From Candidatus Lloydbacteria bacterium (GTDB taxonomy: Bacteria > Patescibacteriota > Minisyncoccia > Phycocordibacterales > UBA6899), in the NCBI GenBank assembly GCA_043744595.1, contig JAYTVK010000060.1, forward strand, positions 1-18,837: a stretch of 18,837 bases of DNA, read 5' to 3'. Positions 14,815-18,837 of the stretch are shown here, in pieces. The notes beneath the pieces are model-generated. The model saw only the letters and a program-made list of their open reading frames with translations, was not told the DNA's origin and searched no databases. Every line of letters starts with the position of its first letter. The stretch's first letter is position 1. A program made the position numbers and the translations under genes.

Positions 14815-14877
14815 ACACTTTCATGGACGAAATTTTTCAAGACTGTTGCCTTCAACCGCTCAGCCCCTCTTTTGCAC
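14815..14877 (-). pseudogene. Degenerate 5' fragment of tRNA-Ser (no T arm)
   Basis: 63 bp are colinear with 14611-14673, with about 6 mismatches. These include disruption of the anticodon stem (ACTGT to AATTT) and of the acceptor. No T arm follows. The offset is 204 bp. Confidence 0.75.
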
Positions 14878-14905
14878 TATGGTTTACTTAGGAAAAATTA
14901 GCATT

Positions 14906-16426
14906 TTATCGCAATTGTGTACAGTCAATGACTTCACGTCGCTCTTTCTTGAACCACGAGGACCTGCCTTTCATATCGAGTAGTACCTCTCCCGGCTCCT
15001 TCGCATACACACACATGTTTCTTGCGATCGAAATATATGCACGCGCTTCAGGATATGGAGGAACATTGAGTTCACCCATTGCCCAAGAGGCGATGGGGAG
15101 CATATACCACCCACTTCCCCCCTCTTGTGCATACGACGTGATGCGGGTCGGCATACGAGAGAGTGCGTCCCTTGAGATGACGAGTGTCGCATCATTTGTG
15201 GTGCCCGAGTACATTGACCATGACAAGTATGAATCCCAGGCATTCCAACATGATAATGCGGGAAGGATACCGAAGAACAACATGACCAGCGCGTATGTGA
15301 TCGACCTTCTCAAACGAAACATCTCGCGTGCAGAAACTTCTTTTGTTCCGGCAAAAAGTATCACCGCAAGCAGCAGAAGCGCGACATTCCACGGCCACAC
15401 GGAACTATTATAATCATGGCCAAGTGGACCGAGTACGGAGAGCACAAATACGCACATACATCCCGCGAGTAGGAGAGCGGCTCGGCGCGACCTCGCAAAG
15501 ATAAGTCCTACTCCAATTCCTATCTCGATCAAGGGCACAAGGAATCCAAAAGCAAATACCAGAGGATGCATCGCGCTCGGTAAAAGGTCCGCAACAGGCG
15601 CAACCATCCACGGAAATACTTTTGAGAAGAACAGGATATTTATTTTCTGCAGACCGCTCCATGTATAGATGATCACAACAATGAACCGCAGTATGGTCGT
15701 CGTCACCAACTGCCCTTTTGTGTCTTCGATTCGAAAGGAGAATAGTCCTAGCACAAGCAGCATGACTGCATATTGATATACCCAAGGATGGAGTCTCGTC
15801 ACATCTGCGCACACAAGAAGCGCAGTGAATGCCGCAGCACCAAGGAGTGCATACCTCGGCCGCGATGATATGAACGCAAAAGCAAGGAGCGAAACGAGAA
15901 TGACCGGTGTAAATGATCCGAGCGGCGTAAGGAATGATGAAAATCCATTCATGACCGGCACGAGCGGAAACACCCTTACACTTACCCAAAGCGGGAACGT
16001 GAGAAGTATTCCCGAAATAAAACCAAGTATCGTCACCTGCTTTGCAAAATAGATCCTCGACGCAGGCCCAAATAGGAATCGTCTGTTTGCGGCTATAAAG
16101 CGGTACCCGAGCGGCAGCAGCATGCGCACAAGTGGCAGTCTCGCAACCCGCGTGACCAGTCGCCACTTCGGATATCTTTCAAGGATGACAAGAATGGCAT
16201 CCGCATTCTTGTGTACCGTACCACTCTCATCGATGACGTGAATTTCTTTCTCAACTTGCGCTTTGATTATTCCTGCCGGAAGTTTCTCGGTAACAATATT
16301 ATGGAGTGTGAACTGCTTCGCTTCTCCCGAGTCTTTTATTCGACCCATAAGCGCGGTGCACATCGGGCAGTCGCCGTCGTAATATACCTCAGTTGCACCG
16401 GACTCATTACTGGCGTGATGTTTCAT
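14906..16426 (-). CDS. DCC1-like thiol-disulfide oxidoreductase domain fused to a polytopic membrane domain (HTTM/DoxX-like, uncertain)
   Basis: 506 aa. The N-terminus VYYDGDCPMCTALM...YRFIAANRRFLFG fits the DUF393/DCC motif. About 9-10 predicted TM helices follow (including YTWSGLQKIN), then a ~100-aa soluble tail. Confidence 0.55.
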   Translation of the reverse strand: MKHHASNESGATEVYYDGDCPMCTALMGRIKDSGEAKQFTLHNIVTEKLPAGIIKAQVEKEIHVIDESGTVHKNADAILVILERYPKWRLVTRVARLPLVRMLLPLGYRFIAANRRFLFGPASRIYFAKQVTILGFISGILLTFPLWVSVRVFPLVPVMNGFSSFLTPLGSFTPVILVSLLAFAFISSRPRYALLGAAAFTALLVCADVTRLHPWVYQYAVMLLVLGLFSFRIEDTKGQLVTTTILRFIVVIIYTWSGLQKINILFFSKVFPWMVAPVADLLPSAMHPLVFAFGFLVPLIEIGIGVGLIFARSRRAALLLAGCMCVFVLSVLGPLGHDYNSSVWPWNVALLLLAVILFAGTKEVSAREMFRLRRSITYALVMLFFGILPALSCWNAWDSYLSWSMYSGTTNDATLVISRDALSRMPTRITSYAQEGGSGWYMLPIASWAMGELNVPPYPEARAYISIARNMCVYAKEPGEVLLDMKGRSSWFKKERREVIDCTQLR

Positions 16427-16519
16427 GGTCGTAATATACAGCGATTATATCTCGGAATGATGCTTTGAGTACCTCACAGTGGGTAACTCCTCTTAATCCT
16501 GTTCTTTTTATGATAGAAT

Positions 16520-16978
16520 ATGACGATGATGGAGTGGGACACACTTGAGCATTCGTATACTGAAAAGACCAATGACTGGTACGCTTCAGTGATCATTATT
16601 TCGGGCGCCGGAATTGGACTTGGGTTTCTCCTGAGCAATTTTCTTATCGTCACGCTTATCTTCATCGGCACGATCACCTTCATTCTTATGGCTGCACGTC
16701 GCCCAGAAGAGGTCCATGTCGAGATCCTGCGCAAAGGAATTCGCGTGGGCAATACGCTCTATCCCTATAGTACACTCGACGGGTTTTCGATCATCGACTA
16801 TACCCCACAGCACCGACTATTACTTGAATCATCGAAGCTACTTATGCCACTCATCGCCATTCATATCGCGGATGACATCGATATCGATGACCTACATGAA
16901 GAAGTGAGCCGCTATCTTCCAGAAAAAGATCTTCACGAATCACTTCCACAGCTCCTGATGGAGCGCATCGGCTTTTAA
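16520..16978 (+). CDS. Hypothetical two-TM membrane protein
   Basis: 152 aa. Two adjacent hydrophobic helices (VIIISGAGIGLGFLL / LIVTLIFIGTITFILMA) are followed by an acidic soluble domain. I recognise no family. Confidence 0.5.
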   Translation: MTMMEWDTLEHSYTEKTNDWYASVIIISGAGIGLGFLLSNFLIVTLIFIGTITFILMAARRPEEVHVEILRKGIRVGNTLYPYSTLDGFSIIDYTPQHRLLLESSKLLMPLIAIHIADDIDIDDLHEEVSRYLPEKDLHESLPQLLMERIGF

Positions 16979-17071
16979 TCGGCACTTCTTGTTGTCGTTA
17001 CGAGAATTTTGACGTTTTGGGTTTTTTTGTGTTAGTGTGTCCCTACCGCAACACTGTGGCAATAACTATCA

Positions 17072-17146
17072 GTCCTCGTCGTTCAATGGATAGGACAAGA
17101 GTTTGCGGAACTCTAAATATAGGTTCGATTCCTATCGAGGGCACCA
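17072..17146 (+). tRNA. tRNA-Arg (anticodon GCG), CCA encoded
   Basis: GTCCTCG-TC-GTTC-AATGGATA-GGAC-A-AGAGT-TTGCGGA-ACTCT-AAAT-ATAGG-TTCGATT-CCTAT-CGAGGGC-A-CCA. Confidence 0.85.
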
Positions 17147-17201
17147 AGACAGAACTCAACGGCTTTTTCAAAGCCAGAAGGTGGGACGCGCGAAGCGCGT
17201 C

Positions 17202-17288
17202 CCACTGATTTCCCCCCATTTTTCCAAACGAATTCAGAATTTTTGGCGCGCTTGCGCGCACTAATTTTTCGCCGAGGAGGAGGTTCGA
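17202..17288. repeat. Left copy of a perfect inverted repeat of at least 87 bp (IR-L)
   Basis: I reverse-complemented 18751-18837 by hand and it is identical to 17202-17288 at 87 of 87 positions. It contains an internal palindrome, GCGCGC-TT-GCGCGC, and a GAATTC site. A 9-bp-stem hairpin (GGGACGCGC-GAA-GCGCGTCCC, 17183-17203) abuts its outer end. Confidence 0.95.
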
Positions 17289-17302
17289 AATCAGAAGCAA
17301 TT

Positions 17303-17330
17303 TTGACTAATAGTATTTGCTTAATACAAA
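17303..17330 (+). promoter_or_regulatory. Putative promoter of the serine recombinase gene
   Basis: TTGACT - 16 nt - TACAAA in an AT-rich stretch about 30 nt upstream of the ATG. It lies inside the IR-bounded segment. Confidence 0.4.
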
Positions 17331-17358
17331 AAGAATTTTTATTACTATGATAAATAAT

Positions 17359-18837
17359 ATGGAAAATAAAAAATTCTTTTTGTATGCTCGCAAGAGTACC
17401 GATGTCGAGGATAAGCAAGTTTTGAGTATCGAGGCACAGCTTCAAGAATTGCGAGACTATGCCAAGAGAGAAAATCTGAACATCGCCCTTGAATTTATAG
17501 AAAAACAATCTGCTAAAATTCCAGGTCGTCCAGTGTTTAATGAGATGATGAAGAAAATTGAAAAGGGCGATGCAGATTCTATCCTCTCTTGGCATCCGGA
17601 TCGTCTCGCAAGAAATAGTATTGACGGTGGGAATATTATTTACCTCCTCGACACAGGGAAACTTGCGAGCCTCAAGTTTCCTACTTTTTGGTGTGATTCC
17701 ACATCACAAGGCAAATTCATGTTAAACATGGCTTTCGGGCAAAGCAAATACTATGTGGATTCTCTTTCCGAGAACACGAAGCGTGGACTTCGCCAAAAAG
17801 TTCGTAACGGAGATTATCCAACGCTTGCCCCTGTGGGATATATTAACGACTCCCGAACAAAAACTGTTGTTGTTGATAGAAAGAAAGCGAGAATTATCAG
17901 GCAAGCGTTTGAGTTCTATGTAAAAGGCGGTAATAGACTGGAAGATGTCTCAAACTTTTTGGCGAAGCACAATATATTTTCAAAAACCGGAAAGAGAATC
18001 CACAAATCCCGCGCGACTTCTATACTTTCCAATCCTTTTTACACTGGACTATTTAGATATGGTGGAGAATTGCACGAAGGAAAGTACGAGCCGATCATTT
18101 CAAAGAAACTTTTTGACCAAGCGCAGGAAATGTTGAAACTTCGCGGTAAGCCCGACAGAAAGCCTCTAAACGACCCCCAACCTTTCTGTGGGCTCATTTC
18201 CTGCGCTTCATGCGGAATGATGATAACTGGCGAATACAAGGCTAAGAAGCAACAGAATGGTAATACTCACGAGTATGTCTATTATCACTGCACAAAGAAG
18301 AACAAAATGGTAAAGTGTGAAGAACCTTGTATTCGACAGGAAGAATTGAATCGCCAGTTATCATCCGAAATACAAAAAGTTTCTTTGCCCAAAGACTGGG
18401 CGGAGGAACTAAATCGCATGGCGTTAGAGGAACACAAAACATCCGCCCAGTCTTTAACTGCTTGTGTGAAAGAGAAGCAAGAGAAGATTTCTACAATTTC
18501 AATTAGACTGGAGCGACTTCTCAATGGTTATCTTGATCAAGATATTGAAAAGGAAATTTATCGTGCTGAAAAAGGAAAATTGCTTTTACAAAAGAAGTCG
18601 CTCGAAGAAGAAATCTACAATCTTTCACACAAGCAGAATGATTGGCTCGAACCTTTCCAAAACTGGCTAGAAGTCGCACAGAATATAGACAAAATCGCTT
18701 CTGATTCAGACTTTTTTGCTAAAAAGGTCTGTGCCAAAGAAATCTTTGGCTCGAACCTCCTCCTCGGCGAAAAATTAGTGCGCGCAAGCGCGCCAAAAAT
18801 TCTGAATTCGTTTGGAAAAATGGGGGGAAATCAGTGG
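17359..18837 (+). CDS. Large serine recombinase (resolvase/invertase catalytic domain + recombinase domain + zinc ribbon + coiled-coil), 3'-open at window end
   Basis: My own translation gives 493 codons without a stop, to the last base of the window, so the ORF is absent from the track. There is an alternative in-frame ATG at 17347. It begins MENKKFFLYARKSTDVEDKQVLSIEAQ (catalytic Ser) and continues ...LSWHPDRLARN...GKFMLNMAFGQSKYYVDSLSENTKRGL. The recombinase domain contains LSNPFYTGLFRYGG. The Cys cluster is CGLISCASCG...YYHCTKK...CEEPC. A coiled-coil tail follows. Confidence 0.88.
   Translation, partial: MENKKFFLYARKSTDVEDKQVLSIEAQLQELRDYAKRENLNIALEFIEKQSAKIPGRPVFNEMMKKIEKGDADSILSWHPDRLARNSIDGGNIIYLLDTGKLASLKFPTFWCDSTSQGKFMLNMAFGQSKYYVDSLSENTKRGLRQKVRNGDYPTLAPVGYINDSRTKTVVVDRKKARIIRQAFEFYVKGGNRLEDVSNFLAKHNIFSKTGKRIHKSRATSILSNPFYTGLFRYGGELHEGKYEPIISKKLFDQAQEMLKLRGKPDRKPLNDPQPFCGLISCASCGMMITGEYKAKKQQNGNTHEYVYYHCTKKNKMVKCEEPCIRQEELNRQLSSEIQKVSLPKDWAEELNRMALEEHKTSAQSLTACVKEKQEKISTISIRLERLLNGYLDQDIEKEIYRAEKGKLLLQKKSLEEEIYNLSHKQNDWLEPFQNWLEVAQNIDKIASDSDFFAKKVCAKEIFGSNLLLGEKLVRASAPKILNSFGKMGGNQW
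18751..18837. repeat. Right copy of the inverted repeat of at least 87 bp (IR-R), inside the recombinase ORF and truncated by the window end
   Basis: It is the reverse complement of 17202-17288. It encodes the recombinase residues SNLLLGEKLVRASAPKILNSFGKMGGNQW. Confidence 0.95.

Noticed and set aside
14590-14983. Plus-strand ORFs of 103 and 121 aa across the tRNA-Ser region.
   Set aside because: They translate tRNA-Ser, its pseudo-fragment and intergenic DNA. Their internal repetition (SRLLPSTAQPL twice) merely reflects the duplicated tRNA sequence.
15414-16166. 250-aa minus-strand ORF, and other short ORFs, inside the DCC-membrane fusion gene.
   Set aside because: They are alternative frames of the same strand or the opposite strand, with Cys/Arg/His-rich composition. 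The 506-aa frame has a coherent TM pattern and the DCC motif.
17009-17037. Possible promoter TTGACG - 17 nt - TTAGTG upstream of tRNA-Arg(GCG).
   Set aside because: The -10 hexamer is a poor match, and promoter consensus in this lineage is unknown. The support is too weak to annotate.
17043-17595. Minus-strand ORFs 17043-17300 (85 aa) and 17113-17595 (160 aa).
   Set aside because: The first is antisense to tRNA-Arg(GCG) and resembles the recombinase tail only because it reads through IR-L. It is relevant only as the hypothetical post-inversion tail. The second is antisense to the recombinase N-terminus in AT-rich DNA.

Overview
This 18.8-kb chromosomal window is gene-dense and probably comes from a small-genome bacterium. 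A CPR/Parcubacteria-like origin is my inference from gene content only: pilMNO without a secretin, short housekeeping genes and many tRNAs. I can support 20 protein-coding genes. They are a PduO-type cobalamin adenosyltransferase, a CDF metal transporter, an orphan PrkA kinase, a zf-UBP mini-protein, a TrmB-like regulator, a Mu Gam-like protein, rplS, an RluA-family pseudouridine synthase, uppS, a flavin amine oxidase, acyP, pilM/pilN/pilO plus a small membrane protein, a CsaA-like tRNA-binding protein, ruvX, a DCC-thiol oxidoreductase/polytopic membrane fusion, a small membrane protein, and a 3'-open large serine recombinase that is missing from the supplied ORF track. There are 7 tRNA genes: His-GTG, Leu-CAG, Leu-GAG, Val-TAC, Arg-TCT, Ser-TGA and Arg-GCG. 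I found no rRNA genes and no CRISPR array. Two things stand out. (1) Nearly every tRNA gene is embedded in non-coding repeat architecture built from pieces of that same tRNA. This includes inverted and direct copies of its 3' end, pseudo-5' fragments upstream, a 74-bp tandem array, and a conserved ~100-nt structured element whose internal hairpin shows five compensatory base-pair swaps between two copies. (2) An AT-rich large serine recombinase cassette sits next to tRNA-Arg(GCG). It is bracketed by a perfect inverted repeat of at least 87 bp, and the right copy lies inside the recombinase reading frame and runs off the window. All functional calls come from reading the translated motifs by eye. 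No database search was run.
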